Both the position numbers and the translations under genes were made by a program. A stretch of 64,000 nt of DNA from the NCBI GenBank assembly GCA_002787235.1, contig PCWG01000033.1, positions 62,438-126,437 on the forward strand. Reading direction: 5' to 3'. Positions within the stretch are counted from its first letter, which is position 1. Each line of letters begins with the position of its first letter. The notes beneath the pieces were generated by a model. The model searched no databases. It had not been told where the DNA came from and saw only the letters and a program-made list of their open reading frames with translations. Positions 1 through 8,459 of this stretch are shown piece after piece. Source of the DNA: Nitrospinae bacterium CG11_big_fil_rev_8_21_14_0_20_45_15 (lineage in GTDB: Bacteria; Nitrospinota; Nitrospinia; Nitrospinales; VA-1).

Positions 1-1385
1 CAGATGACCCTGGTGACAATACCCTCTCTGAACCTCAGTATATATGCAAATATGGAGACATGTTGTTTGTTTCTGATCGAGGCAACCATCGCGTTTTAGT
101 ATGGGATCAATTTCCTGAAGAAAACGGAGAACCGGCCAGTGTTGTACTCGGGCAGGAAGATTTTGCCGATTGTCTGGAGAATAGAGGAATCACCACTACT
201 CTGGACGAAATGACATCGGGTTTGGGTGACGAGAATCTTGAAGGTTTTACCATCAGTAAAGCAGAAGAAGACACCCTTTCACAGCCAGCCGGGCTTTCTG
301 TCATCGATGGAAAATTATATGTCGTAGACAGTGGTAACCATCGTGTTTTGCGTTGGCAGGGGTTGCCCAGTGAAGATGGTGAGCCTCCGCAAATGGTCTT
401 GGGACAAGACAATTTGGAAGACAATGAAGCAAACCGTCGTGGTTTTACCGGATCGGGTTCCCTGTTTTTCCCAATGGGAATTTGTTCTGGCGATGACCAG
501 CATGTTTTTGTAGCCGACAAGGACAATCATCGCGTTTTGATTTGGAACAAGATTCCTTTTGGCGACGGTTGGAACGCTGATGTCTGTGTCGGACAAGCTG
601 GAATGGATGAGCGAGAACCCAACAAGGGCGAATTCGATAATGTTTCAGCCGATTCCATGAGTTTTCCTATGGGCGTTGCCTGGGATGCGGAAGGGGAACG
701 ATTGATTGTTGTCGATCAAGGCAACAACCGTGTTTTGATCTGGAACAGACTGCCGAGAGAAAATGGTCAACCTGCTGATGTGGTTATCGGACAAAAGGAT
801 TTTGAAAGCAGATCCGTTAATATGGGGCTGGGTGCCGAACGAGCCAGTGCCTCAAGTTTGTATTGGCCTACTGACGTAGTTTTCGGAAAAACAGGCTTGT
901 TTGTATCCGATACTGCAAATAATCGAGTGTTGTATTGGAAGGAAATCCCCACCGAAAATGGTCAACCCGCAGACAAGGTATTTGGGCAAACCAATTTTAC
1001 AGATAACAAGCCCAACCGTTTTGGTCAGGCATCCAGTTCCACACTGAACGATCCTTACGGTTTATTTCTCGAAGAAGATCTGACTCGAGAAGACCTTGGG
1101 CTCGATGAATTGGAAGATGAAGATAGGGACGACTTTGAAGGTGATTCTCAGGAAGTTGCGAGAAGAGACGATGAAGAAGAGGAAACCTTATTTCGATTGT
1201 TTATTTGTGACCGGAGCAATTCTCGAATTGTTATCTGGAGAGAGTTCCCTGACAGTGCAGGAAAAGATGAAGCAGAAGATGAGGACGGGTTGGTGATAGA
1301 CCATCCGGATACTTTATTGGGAGATGACGACGATGATGACGATTACGATCCCGATTTGATTCCTGAAGAAGTTCCCGCTGTTTGA
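1..1385 (+). CDS. NHL-repeat beta-propeller protein, 5' end truncated by window edge; Asp/Glu-rich C-terminal tail
   Basis: The frame of ORF 60..1385 stays open to position 3 (DDPGDNTLSEPQYICKYGD precedes the listed Met and fits the repeat). Repeated D-x-x-N-[HNS]-R-[VI]-L-x-W blades (DRGNHRVLVW, DSGNHRVLRW, DKDNHRVLIW, DQGNNRVLIW, DTANNRVLYW, DRSNSRIVIW). Confidence 0.85.
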   Translation, partial: DDPGDNTLSEPQYICKYGDMLFVSDRGNHRVLVWDQFPEENGEPASVVLGQEDFADCLENRGITTTLDEMTSGLGDENLEGFTISKAEEDTLSQPAGLSVIDGKLYVVDSGNHRVLRWQGLPSEDGEPPQMVLGQDNLEDNEANRRGFTGSGSLFFPMGICSGDDQHVFVADKDNHRVLIWNKIPFGDGWNADVCVGQAGMDEREPNKGEFDNVSADSMSFPMGVAWDAEGERLIVVDQGNNRVLIWNRLPRENGQPADVVIGQKDFESRSVNMGLGAERASASSLYWPTDVVFGKTGLFVSDTANNRVLYWKEIPTENGQPADKVFGQTNFTDNKPNRFGQASSSTLNDPYGLFLEEDLTREDLGLDELEDEDRDDFEGDSQEVARRDDEEEETLFRLFICDRSNSRIVIWREFPDSAGKDEAEDEDGLVIDHPDTLLGDDDDDDDYDPDLIPEEVPAV

Positions 1386-1390
1386 ATAAA

Positions 1391-1430
1391 AAAAATACGG
1401 CGAGGGAATATCCTCGCCGTATTTTAATTT
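1391..1430. terminator. Bidirectional rho-independent terminator between convergent genes
   Basis: AATACGGCGAGG (1394-1405) / CCTCGCCGTATT (1412-1423) form a 12-bp stem with a 6-nt loop. An A-run lies upstream and a T-rich run downstream. Confidence 0.8.
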
Positions 1431-1575
1431 GTACCCTTTTGAACCAGGGCAAGCTCACTTGCGCTCATTGGTTCAGGCAACTCTTTCGGTATCAAAGTTG
1501 AAAACTGTTCTATATCTGAAAAGATCTACCCTCCAGGCAGAACCACTTCCTATTTCTAAATCACCTACGAGCTTT

Positions 1576-2148
1576 TTAAGCGTTTTCCTGAGTTGCAGAT
1601 TCATCATCTGGCGCACTACCTGAGGTTTGCCCGAATACATCGGCGATAATTTTATTGACCTCGTCATGGCCCAGAATATTGTAGACCGCATTTGCGGACT
1701 TGAAATGATTACTGGTGAATAAGCTCAGAACCTTTTTACTGGAATAACCTAGCATCATAAATTCGTGAGCATAGTTTACCGCGACGGTTCTCAGAGTCGT
1801 TTCGTCGGCGTCCTCGTCTCCTGTTGGGGGACCTGCATCCATAGAAGCTTCTTCCTGCACTTCATAGACGTAAATCAAATGCCAACCGAACTCTGTTTTT
1901 ACCGGGCCGACAACGTCGCCCTCTTCAGCTGAGAAAGCGGCAACTTCAAAGGGGCGTACCATGGAGCCTTTTCCAAACCAACCCAAATCGCCACCGCGTT
2001 TTTTGGATGGGCACTCGCTGAATTCTTCTGCGAGCTTGGAAAAATCTTCACCCTCGTCAATTTTTGCTTTCAACTCATCGGCTTTTTCTTTGGAACCCAC
2101 CAAGATATGTCTTGCTTGAACTTTTTTTGTTTTTCTTTCTTTTGACAT
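1576..2148 (-). CDS. Parvulin-type peptidyl-prolyl cis-trans isomerase (PpiC family) with an uncharacterised ~90-aa C-terminal extension
   Basis: The N-terminal 100 aa match the parvulin core (ARHILV...CPS.K.GGDLGWF..G.M...FE.AAF....G...GPV.T.FGWHLI.V). ATG at 2148. Confidence 0.85.
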   Translation of the reverse strand: MSKERKTKKVQARHILVGSKEKADELKAKIDEGEDFSKLAEEFSECPSKKRGGDLGWFGKGSMVRPFEVAAFSAEEGDVVGPVKTEFGWHLIYVYEVQEEASMDAGPPTGDEDADETTLRTVAVNYAHEFMMLGYSSKKVLSLFTSNHFKSANAVYNILGHDEVNKIIADVFGQTSGSAPDDESATQENA

Positions 2149-2186
2149 TATATTTTTTTACGAAAATACATCCGTGGTTTAGAGGT

Positions 2187-2930
2187 TTAATTCAACACTT
2201 GATTGGAATCGGCCTTTTCGTCGATTTCCATGACTTTTGAAGGTGCAGACTGCATCAGTTTTTCGCCCATGTCCTTGGCTTCCCGGTAACGTTTTTTTAG
2301 GATATCGAACAGATTGGGAATTGCTGCATTCATTGCCAAAACCATGTCATTTTTCTCAGGGTCCAACCGCGAATCTTCTTCCCCACGTTGATTCTCATCA
2401 AAGTAGTAAGTGTATTCCAGGATGGGAGGTGTCCCTGCATCATTGAGATCAACCTTGAAAAAGGTCAGTTTGAGATCTCTGTTTTTTTCACGGGGATCTA
2501 TGTTGTAAGAGTCTTCCGCGAAATATTTTTCATCATTGCAAGTGAATTTGATGGTTTCTTTGTTGCTTGGATACAATTCGATAAAGTTCATGTAGCGATC
2601 AGGCGTGAACTCAAGATAAGAGAGTGGATTCTTTTCGCCGTAGGCTTTTGCTTCCATCGCCCTTTGTTTGAAGAGTGTCATCAAATCGTCTGGGATTTCT
2701 TTTGTAAAGTTTTTTACAATTGCCAGATCGGTCGAAGACATTTTCGGCATGTTGGGTAGCGGGCGATGAGTTTTTTTGAAGTCCAGAATAAAAGAAATCC
2801 TGCGGTTTGCATCTTCTTCGCTCCGGAAAGACACCACCATGTATTCGTCGTCGGTGAAAGGATTTGTGAAATAGAAATCTTCAAGAATGTAAATCGTCTT
2901 GTAGTTTTCTTCCTCAAAACGGAACGTCAT
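2187..2930 (-). CDS. Hypothetical protein (247 aa), no recognisable domain
   Basis: Long ORF with ATG start, same strand and transcription direction as the flanking array and parvulin gene. Confidence 0.6.
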   Translation of the reverse strand: MTFRFEEENYKTIYILEDFYFTNPFTDDEYMVVSFRSEEDANRRISFILDFKKTHRPLPNMPKMSSTDLAIVKNFTKEIPDDLMTLFKQRAMEAKAYGEKNPLSYLEFTPDRYMNFIELYPSNKETIKFTCNDEKYFAEDSYNIDPREKNRDLKLTFFKVDLNDAGTPPILEYTYYFDENQRGEEDSRLDPEKNDMVLAMNAAIPNLFDILKKRYREAKDMGEKLMQSAPSKVMEIDEKADSNQVLN

Positions 2931-3037
2931 CAGAGAATTGGCCGCTTCCTGTGGGTTGATCTTACGATACGCTTCGATGGCCGGTCTCCTTATAAAAAAT
3001 GGGTTGAATACTCAGTTTGATTTTAAACTGCAAATTT

Positions 3038-3475
3038 CTACTGTTCTTCTGTCTCAATATTTCTAACAGCTCTTACGGCGTCTTTGGTTACGTCGAGTTC
3101 TTTATGGTTCAGATTGGCATGGCCGTAGCGATAGTAAAACACGATGGCACTGCCGTGGGGTCTTTCCTCTGAAGTCCATGTTGTGAATCCTCCACCGGGA
3201 GAAAATTCTGGCGGAATGAAAATATCAAAACGGTCCATATCACGGATGCTATGACCCTCGTCGTACAAGCTCTCGGCTTCTTCCAGTGTTGGTAAACGCC
3301 AATTTCGATAACCTGCAAATTTTTTCAAATTCAGGCTGCGTGTGTAGTCCTGAGAAGTGTACCAGTTGGTCCACTTACTCGTATCTTGATACGAGTCGGT
3401 TTGTTTCCACATCAAGTTTGTTTCGTTGTCGGTAACGGTTCCATCTCCGTTGTCTCTAAAACGTTTTGTTGCCAC
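3038..3475 (-). CDS. DUF1566 / Lcl C-terminal domain protein, single domain, no signal peptide
   Basis: Motifs DNGDGTVTD, LMW, FAGYRNWRLPTLEEAESLY, TTWTSE, RAVRNI. The listed ORF starts at a TTG (3505) with no RBS. GTG at 3475 is preceded by AGGAGA plus an 8-nt spacer, so that start is preferred. Confidence 0.85.
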   Translation of the reverse strand: MATKRFRDNGDGTVTDNETNLMWKQTDSYQDTSKWTNWYTSQDYTRSLNLKKFAGYRNWRLPTLEEAESLYDEGHSIRDMDRFDIFIPPEFSPGGGFTTWTSEERPHGSAIVFYYRYGHANLNHKELDVTKDAVRAVRNIETEEQ

Positions 3476-3520
3476 GTAAACTTTCTCCTGTCTTGTTCTG
3501 CCCAAGCGGGACTATCATTT

Positions 3521-3994
3521 TCAATCAGTATCGTCATTGAGATCTCTCACGATTCGAGTGGAACCGCGCGAGGGTCGATATATATCGTCGTAAGTCATGA
3601 CACCCTTGCGATAGCCAAACCGGAGGGCTTGGATTTTATTTCTGACATCTCCCGTCCAGCATAAAAAACCAAAACCTGGCTCAAATATTGAGTAGAGATG
3701 TGCTACTTGACCTTGATGGTCTTTATTGCTTTCGGTTTTGGTGTATAGACTTTTGGCTTCGAGAGCATTTGGGATTCTCCAGTTGCCAAAACCAAGGTGC
3801 CGTTTTTGATTGAGCTCTTCGACATAGGTGCGAACTTGAATCAGATTCATCCATTTACCGGTCATCTGCCAGGTGTCTTGTTTCAGCCACATGAGATTTC
3901 TTGCGCGGTCCATGATGATGCCTTCACCGGTATCCACAAATCGGACAGCTGTTTTCACAGCGTCAATGGGTGGTGTCGTTTCTTGTTCGCTCAT
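3521..3994 (-). CDS. DUF1566 / Lcl C-terminal domain protein, single domain, no signal peptide
   Basis: DTGEGIIMD, LMWLKQD, LGFGNWRIPNALEAKSLY, CWTGD, RIVRDL. ATG at 3994. Confidence 0.85.
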   Translation of the reverse strand: MSEQETTPPIDAVKTAVRFVDTGEGIIMDRARNLMWLKQDTWQMTGKWMNLIQVRTYVEELNQKRHLGFGNWRIPNALEAKSLYTKTESNKDHQGQVAHLYSIFEPGFGFLCWTGDVRNKIQALRFGYRKGVMTYDDIYRPSRGSTRIVRDLNDDTD

Positions 3995-4027
3995 AATAGT
4001 ATATTTTTAGGCATGGCATTAAGTCCT

Positions 4028-4912
4028 TTATTTTTTAATATCTCTTATAGCTCTGACGCCGTGGCTCCGCAGTCCCATTTTATGCCATTTGTAGTCGCCG
4101 TTGTACATCTGAAAACGGATGGCCAAGGTGCGGTCGGTACGGTGCATGGTTTTTGTCCAGCATGTTTGGGCCGACCCGGCGGGAAATGCCTTCACCAAAA
4201 AAACAACATCACCGTACTTGTCTGTGATGGGGCTTGAGGGGTCGTAGATGGATTGTACTTCTTTGCGAGTTGGCATCCGCCAATCCTGATGTCCCGCAAA
4301 CCGATTGTTGTTAAGGACATGCACCCATGTTTTGGCTTCTTCCCATGAAACCCATTTGTCGAGATCTATGTAGGAATCGTCGGCTTTCCACATGACCCCT
4401 TCTTCCCGGTCGGTGACGGTCCCGTCTCCGTTGTTGACAAAACGTTCTTCCTCGCCTTCCTCTGCGACTCTGACGATATTACGTACCAGTCTGAGGGCAC
4501 TGGGGAATCCACTATTTTCTTTAGCCAGCCAGAATTCATAGTCGGAACGGAGGTCGAAACCCATTGCGGCTTTAGCTCCACGGGTTTCGCTGGTCCAGGT
4601 GGAAAACCCGCACCCTGAACTGAAGATGGGGTCGAGGTGGATTTCACATCCTTCGACGTCGGAATTGCTGGATTCAGGGTCAAACAATGTACGGGCTTCG
4701 GTAGCGGTTGGAAATCGCCAATTATTATAGCCTGCAAATTTTTGCGAGTTCTTTTCCTGAACAAATTCCTGGCACTCGTGCCAGGTCATGAGCCGACCTT
4801 TTTCCAACCAGGTATCTTCCTTGGCCCACATGAGTTTGTGTACGGGATCAGAAATCGTGCCGTCGCCATTGTCTGTATATGGAATTTCTTTATTGGTTAA
4901 TTGTTCGTTCAT
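4028..4912 (-). CDS. DUF1566 / Lcl C-terminal domain protein with two tandem domains
   Basis: Two copies of the module (DNGDGTISD...FAGYNNWRFPTATEARTLF...STWTSE...RLVRNI, then NNGDGTVTD...FAGHQDWRMPTRKEVQSIY...RAIRDI). The listed start (4990) is a TTG inside the upstream gene, so ATG at 4912 is preferred. Confidence 0.85.
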   Translation of the reverse strand: MNEQLTNKEIPYTDNGDGTISDPVHKLMWAKEDTWLEKGRLMTWHECQEFVQEKNSQKFAGYNNWRFPTATEARTLFDPESSNSDVEGCEIHLDPIFSSGCGFSTWTSETRGAKAAMGFDLRSDYEFWLAKENSGFPSALRLVRNIVRVAEEGEEERFVNNGDGTVTDREEGVMWKADDSYIDLDKWVSWEEAKTWVHVLNNNRFAGHQDWRMPTRKEVQSIYDPSSPITDKYGDVVFLVKAFPAGSAQTCWTKTMHRTDRTLAIRFQMYNGDYKWHKMGLRSHGVRAIRDIKK

Positions 4913-4938
4913 GGTCCTGGGAAATTTTGAGGTTTGAG

Positions 4939-5448
4939 TCAATTGTGTTGACGAATTTGATCGTTCTTTTTCACAGGAGCTTTCCGACAAATGCGGACGG
5001 AACCAAAACTGTATTCATCGACTGATATCAGTTTTCCTTCGGAGTAATCAAACCGGGGGCGACGGGTAGACGTGTCTCCGGTTAACCATTGGGTTTTGAA
5101 GGAATTTTCTGGAAAGCATGAGTCGATGTGGATGGTGCCACCGCCTTTACAGCTATTGGTCAGGCTGGCTTGATACAAACTGGCGGCTTCATCGTATGTG
5201 GGCAAGCGCCAATCGTCGAATCCTCCAATTTTTCGCATGTTTTTTTTATCTGCGAATTCGCGAGCTTCATGCCAGTTTAAAAATTTTCCCTTATCCTGCC
5301 AGGAATCTTTTTTCAGCCAGTATAATTTAGTTACATTGTCAAAAATGACATGAGGTCCCTTTTCTACCCAGCGTTTGGGTTTACCGTCGTCTTCTTTTTT
5401 AACAGGGAGTTGCTCTGATTCTATTTTTACGGGGTGCTGTTCTGACAT
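4939..5448 (-). CDS. DUF1566 / Lcl C-terminal domain protein (divergent), no signal peptide
   Basis: LYWLKKDSW, W.EA, GGFDDWRLPTYDEAASLY, RICRKA. ATG at 5448 preceded by GAGG. Confidence 0.8.
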   Translation of the reverse strand: MSEQHPVKIESEQLPVKKEDDGKPKRWVEKGPHVIFDNVTKLYWLKKDSWQDKGKFLNWHEAREFADKKNMRKIGGFDDWRLPTYDEAASLYQASLTNSCKGGGTIHIDSCFPENSFKTQWLTGDTSTRRPRFDYSEGKLISVDEYSFGSVRICRKAPVKKNDQIRQHN

Positions 5449-5474
5449 TTTGATACCTCGTTATTTATGGTGTT

Positions 5475-5711
5475 TCAATCGCCGGTGTAGCCGATGTTCA
5501 CATTGCCTTCATCTACATTGACTATCACGGGGACTATGTATTTCCCGTCGGTGTATTCGAGAAGCGTTTTCATACCATGTTCATTGTTCTCAACGTTAAT
5601 ATAAATAAAAGAGCGATGTTGTTTTTTAAAATCGGCCACCGCCTTTTGCGTGTGAGGACAATCATTTTTACCAAATATCATAAAATGCGACATAGTTGTT
5701 TCGTGACCCAT
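5475..5711 (-). CDS. Glutaredoxin-like / thioredoxin-fold small protein with a single-Cys CPHT motif
   Basis: The 78-aa layout FGK.DCPHTQKA...(beta-alpha-beta)...VP.I is the Grx/NrdH-like arrangement. The second active-site Cys is replaced by Thr (TGT CCT CAC ACG read directly). Confidence 0.65.
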   Translation of the reverse strand: MGHETTMSHFMIFGKNDCPHTQKAVADFKKQHRSFIYINVENNEHGMKTLLEYTDGKYIVPVIVNVDEGNVNIGYTGD

Positions 5712-5732
5712 TGTTAAGACATTAGAAGTTTT

Positions 5733-6359
5733 CTAACGTGCAAATTTTTTGGAGTCCGTTCTCCATTCGGGTTCCCACTCGTCTCGTACCACGTCGCGTA
5801 CCAGGCGACAATGAGAATATTCGTTATCTTTGGCTTCCCAGACCCAGTTACCAGTCACATAACTGAACTTCATGGCATATTGAGGGTAATCGGGCTTTTC
5901 ATCATAAGTCCAGGTGTTGTGTCCACCGTTGGATTCAAATTCAGAATCAATATGAATTTCGGCACCATCTTTGTCATGGTTGGTTCGAACAAATGAGAAA
6001 AGTCCTTTTGCTTCATCGGAACCGCAGAGTCTCCAGTCGTCAAACCCGGCATAGTTCTCTTCATTCATTTTTTCGCAATAATCGTGGGCTTCGAACCATG
6101 TTATACCGTATTTATATTCTGCAAAAGAGTCTTTTTTAATCCACTGCAGAGATCTTTTGGTTTCCGTTACTGTGCCGTCGCCGTTGTCAACAAAGGTAGG
6201 AAGAGCTTCTTCTTCAGCTTCTTCTTCATCTTCTTCCTCTTCGCCCCATTCGTCTTCGCCAATAAATTCTTCATCGATGACTTCTTCTTCAATATCGTCT
6301 TCAGCGTCTTCGAAATCTTCAATCAGTTCTTCATTTTCAGTTTCTTCTGATTCGCTCAT
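5733..6359 (-). CDS. DUF1566 / Lcl C-terminal domain protein with a ~55-aa poly-acidic N-terminus
   Basis: The N-terminus is almost entirely E/D. It is followed by DNGDGTVTE, LQWIKKD, YAGFDDWRLCGSDEAKGLF, NTWTYDE, RLVRDV. Confidence 0.85.
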   Translation of the reverse strand: MSESEETENEELIEDFEDAEDDIEEEVIDEEFIGEDEWGEEEEDEEEAEEEALPTFVDNGDGTVTETKRSLQWIKKDSFAEYKYGITWFEAHDYCEKMNEENYAGFDDWRLCGSDEAKGLFSFVRTNHDKDGAEIHIDSEFESNGGHNTWTYDEKPDYPQYAMKFSYVTGNWVWEAKDNEYSHCRLVRDVVRDEWEPEWRTDSKKFAR

Positions 6360-6426
6360 TTTTTTTTCCGCTAGCAGGGGTGATGTGTTTGAGATTTTAA
6401 TTTTTCTGATTCAATTCAAAGCTTGA

Positions 6427-6861
6427 TTACAAATCGCGAACAAGCCGTGCTGATGTGCCGGTTGTGGACACACTTTGATCCACGCAAATTTCTTTTCCTG
6501 AGGGAAAGTAGCTTTTCCATGCGTAAGAATCGTATCTCGTTTCAGAGGACCATACGCTGGTTTCTCCACCGGATTGGTAATTGGATACGGAGCGCTTGGT
6601 TTTCTCTGGAAGGTTTAAGAAAAGTTTTCTGTAAAGCTCTTTGTGTTTCATGAAAATGCGCAGTTCACTTTTGGTTGGCAAACGCCAATCATTGTGTCCC
6701 AAATAGTTCTGCTCGTTGCATGCAAGACGGAAGCTGTTCGCTTCATCCCAGTTTAGCCATTTCCCCAATAATTGTCTGGAGTCTTTAAGGCTCCACTGCA
6801 AATCGTTCTCAATATCGTCTACGGTTCCATCTTTGTTAACTTTGAAAATTTCGTCTGTCAT
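6427..6861 (-). CDS. DUF1566 / Lcl C-terminal domain protein, single domain
   Basis: NKDGTVDD, LQWSLKD, W.EA, YLGHNDWRLPTKSELRIF, SVWSSET, RLVRDL. ATG at 6861. Confidence 0.85.
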   Translation of the reverse strand: MTDEIFKVNKDGTVDDIENDLQWSLKDSRQLLGKWLNWDEANSFRLACNEQNYLGHNDWRLPTKSELRIFMKHKELYRKLFLNLPEKTKRSVSNYQSGGETSVWSSETRYDSYAWKSYFPSGKEICVDQSVSTTGTSARLVRDL

Positions 6862-6963
6862 AAGGTCAGTTTCTTTAGCCCTAAAAGTTGGATTCCATGA
6901 TTTGGATGAAATTACACGGGGCAGGGATTTAAGTAATTACATAAACAAAATTTTTTATAACGA

Positions 6964-7458
6964 TCAACGCCATCCGCCGCCACGCGTGATGACGTCTTTA
7001 GGCTGTGGAATTGTCTTCTTTTTGTATTTTGTTGTATCCAGGACGCCCCGAACAAAGCGTACGCTATCGTTGAGATTGTCTTCAGTTTCCTTATGTCCCC
7101 CGGTGCCATTCCCAAAAGAAAAGCAATAGGCTGTCACATTGCCGCGGGCATGAGAGGTCCAGGTATTGTAGCCACAGCCTGGCGAAAAAGCTGAATCAAG
7201 ATGAACAACCATATCATACTTATCGAGGATTTCAGCGCGATCAAGATAGATACTGTAGGCCTCGTGTTTGTCTGGAAGTCGCCAGTCAGAATAACCTGCG
7301 AAAGATTCTTCATTTGTTTTTTTTAAAAGTTTCAATGCTTGTGGATATGTGATGAATTTTTTAAGTCTTAAAAAAGAGTCTTCTTGCATCCACATCAATG
7401 AGGTCAGGGAATCCGTTATTGTTCCATCCTTGTTGTCTATAAATCTTCCCGAAGTCAT
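6964..7458 (-). CDS. DUF1566 / Lcl C-terminal domain protein, single domain (first gene of the array)
   Basis: NKDGTITD, LMWMQED, FAGYSDWRLPDKHEAYSIY, NTWTSH, RFVRGV. The internal ATG at 7458 is preceded by GCAGGAGCACAG (good RBS). The listed start 7530 would add 24 non-homologous residues. Confidence 0.85.
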   Translation of the reverse strand: MTSGRFIDNKDGTITDSLTSLMWMQEDSFLRLKKFITYPQALKLLKKTNEESFAGYSDWRLPDKHEAYSIYLDRAEILDKYDMVVHLDSAFSPGCGYNTWTSHARGNVTAYCFSFGNGTGGHKETEDNLNDSVRFVRGVLDTTKYKKKTIPQPKDVITRGGGWR

Positions 7459-7575
7459 CTGTGCTCCTGCGTAAAATAAAAATCCCCTCGATTGGAACCG
7501 CAGTTCCTGCAAGGGATTCGTTTCAATCATTTGAGTCGGTTATTATCTCATATCTGGCGGGCAAAAGAAAAGGGC

Positions 7576-7608
7576 AAAAAAAAACCGGAAGGCCTTTCGG
7601 CCTCCCGG
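7576..7608 (-). terminator. Rho-independent terminator of the upstream secreted-protein gene; insulates the DUF1566 array
   Basis: Minus strand reads CCGGGAGGCC-GAAA-GGCCTTCCGG followed by a run of nine T (10-bp stem with one G-U pair, GAAA loop). Confidence 0.9.
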
Positions 7609-7625
7609 TCTTGTAAAAATTCTTC

Positions 7626-8114
7626 TTATCGATTGAGTTGGCTTGTTTGGCCAGCAGTCTGTGAGAAGAGACCGCGCTCGGTTCCTTCAGGTTGACCCAT
7701 ACCAGGCTCAATGTAGGTGCCAGGTTTAACATGATCCATGTGGTAATGGGTTTGGTAGCTTTTTCCAGAACCTTGATCGAGTTTCCAGTCATGACGATCG
7801 TTTCGTTGTCGCTGACAGTTAATCGAAATTGCTCCAGGACCTTCGTTTTTAAATGTTGAATTGCGTTGCAGAGCTCTTGCGAGGTAGTCCCCGGGAGCTA
7901 TAGTTGCTGTTTCGTCTGCGCCCCAACCGTAATCTTGAGGACCTAAATTAAATACGATCGTGGTTTCTTCGCTCTCGCTCAGGTTGTCCACTTTCCAAGA
8001 TGCATTCTCACAAGTTGAGGTGCCGCCTGGTTGCACTACGTTTACGTTGGCATTGGCCGTTGCTACGAACGCCAATACTGCTGATACCGCAAAAATGCCG
8101 ACCATCTTTTTCAT
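7626..8114 (-). CDS. Small secreted hypothetical protein (162 aa)
   Basis: N-terminal signal peptide MKKMVGIFAVSAVLAFVATANA. A strong terminator follows immediately. No recognisable domain. Confidence 0.7.
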   Translation of the reverse strand: MKKMVGIFAVSAVLAFVATANANVNVVQPGGTSTCENASWKVDNLSESEETTIVFNLGPQDYGWGADETATIAPGDYLARALQRNSTFKNEGPGAISINCQRQRNDRHDWKLDQGSGKSYQTHYHMDHVKPGTYIEPGMGQPEGTERGLFSQTAGQTSQLNR

Positions 8115-8459
8115 GTGTTGCTCCCCCTTTAACGGAAAGTTAAAAATTGGAACTATAAAAAGCTTAACCTCTAAACCTATAATTCCTTTTGATGGTTACC
8201 GCTAGTCCTAAAATACCAAAAAAATAGAAACAAGTCTAACCTTGAAAATAACTCTGTAAGGATTAATCCAGAACGCCTGATCCTATAATTATCCTTCTGG
8301 AATTTGAGAGAAAAATACCAAATTCATCAATAGAAGTCAAGATTTAAATCTTATGTTTAGATTGCTTTAAATAACTGTTTGATAAATAAATATATATCAT
8401 GTCTTTTCTTTGTGGCTCTGATTTGTCTTTTATTTATGGATCAAATTTATATTCTTGGA

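Noticed and set aside
5475-5711. Selenocysteine in the Grx-like protein's redox motif
   Set aside because: I read the codons directly (TGT CCT CAC ACG). There is no in-frame TGA and no SECIS-like hairpin downstream.
6157-6426. Poly-Ser ORFs (6157-6426 and 9662-9871, plus strand)
   Set aside because: They are the reverse-complement reading of GAA/GAT-rich acidic tracts in the real minus-strand genes (5733-6359 and 9067-9876).
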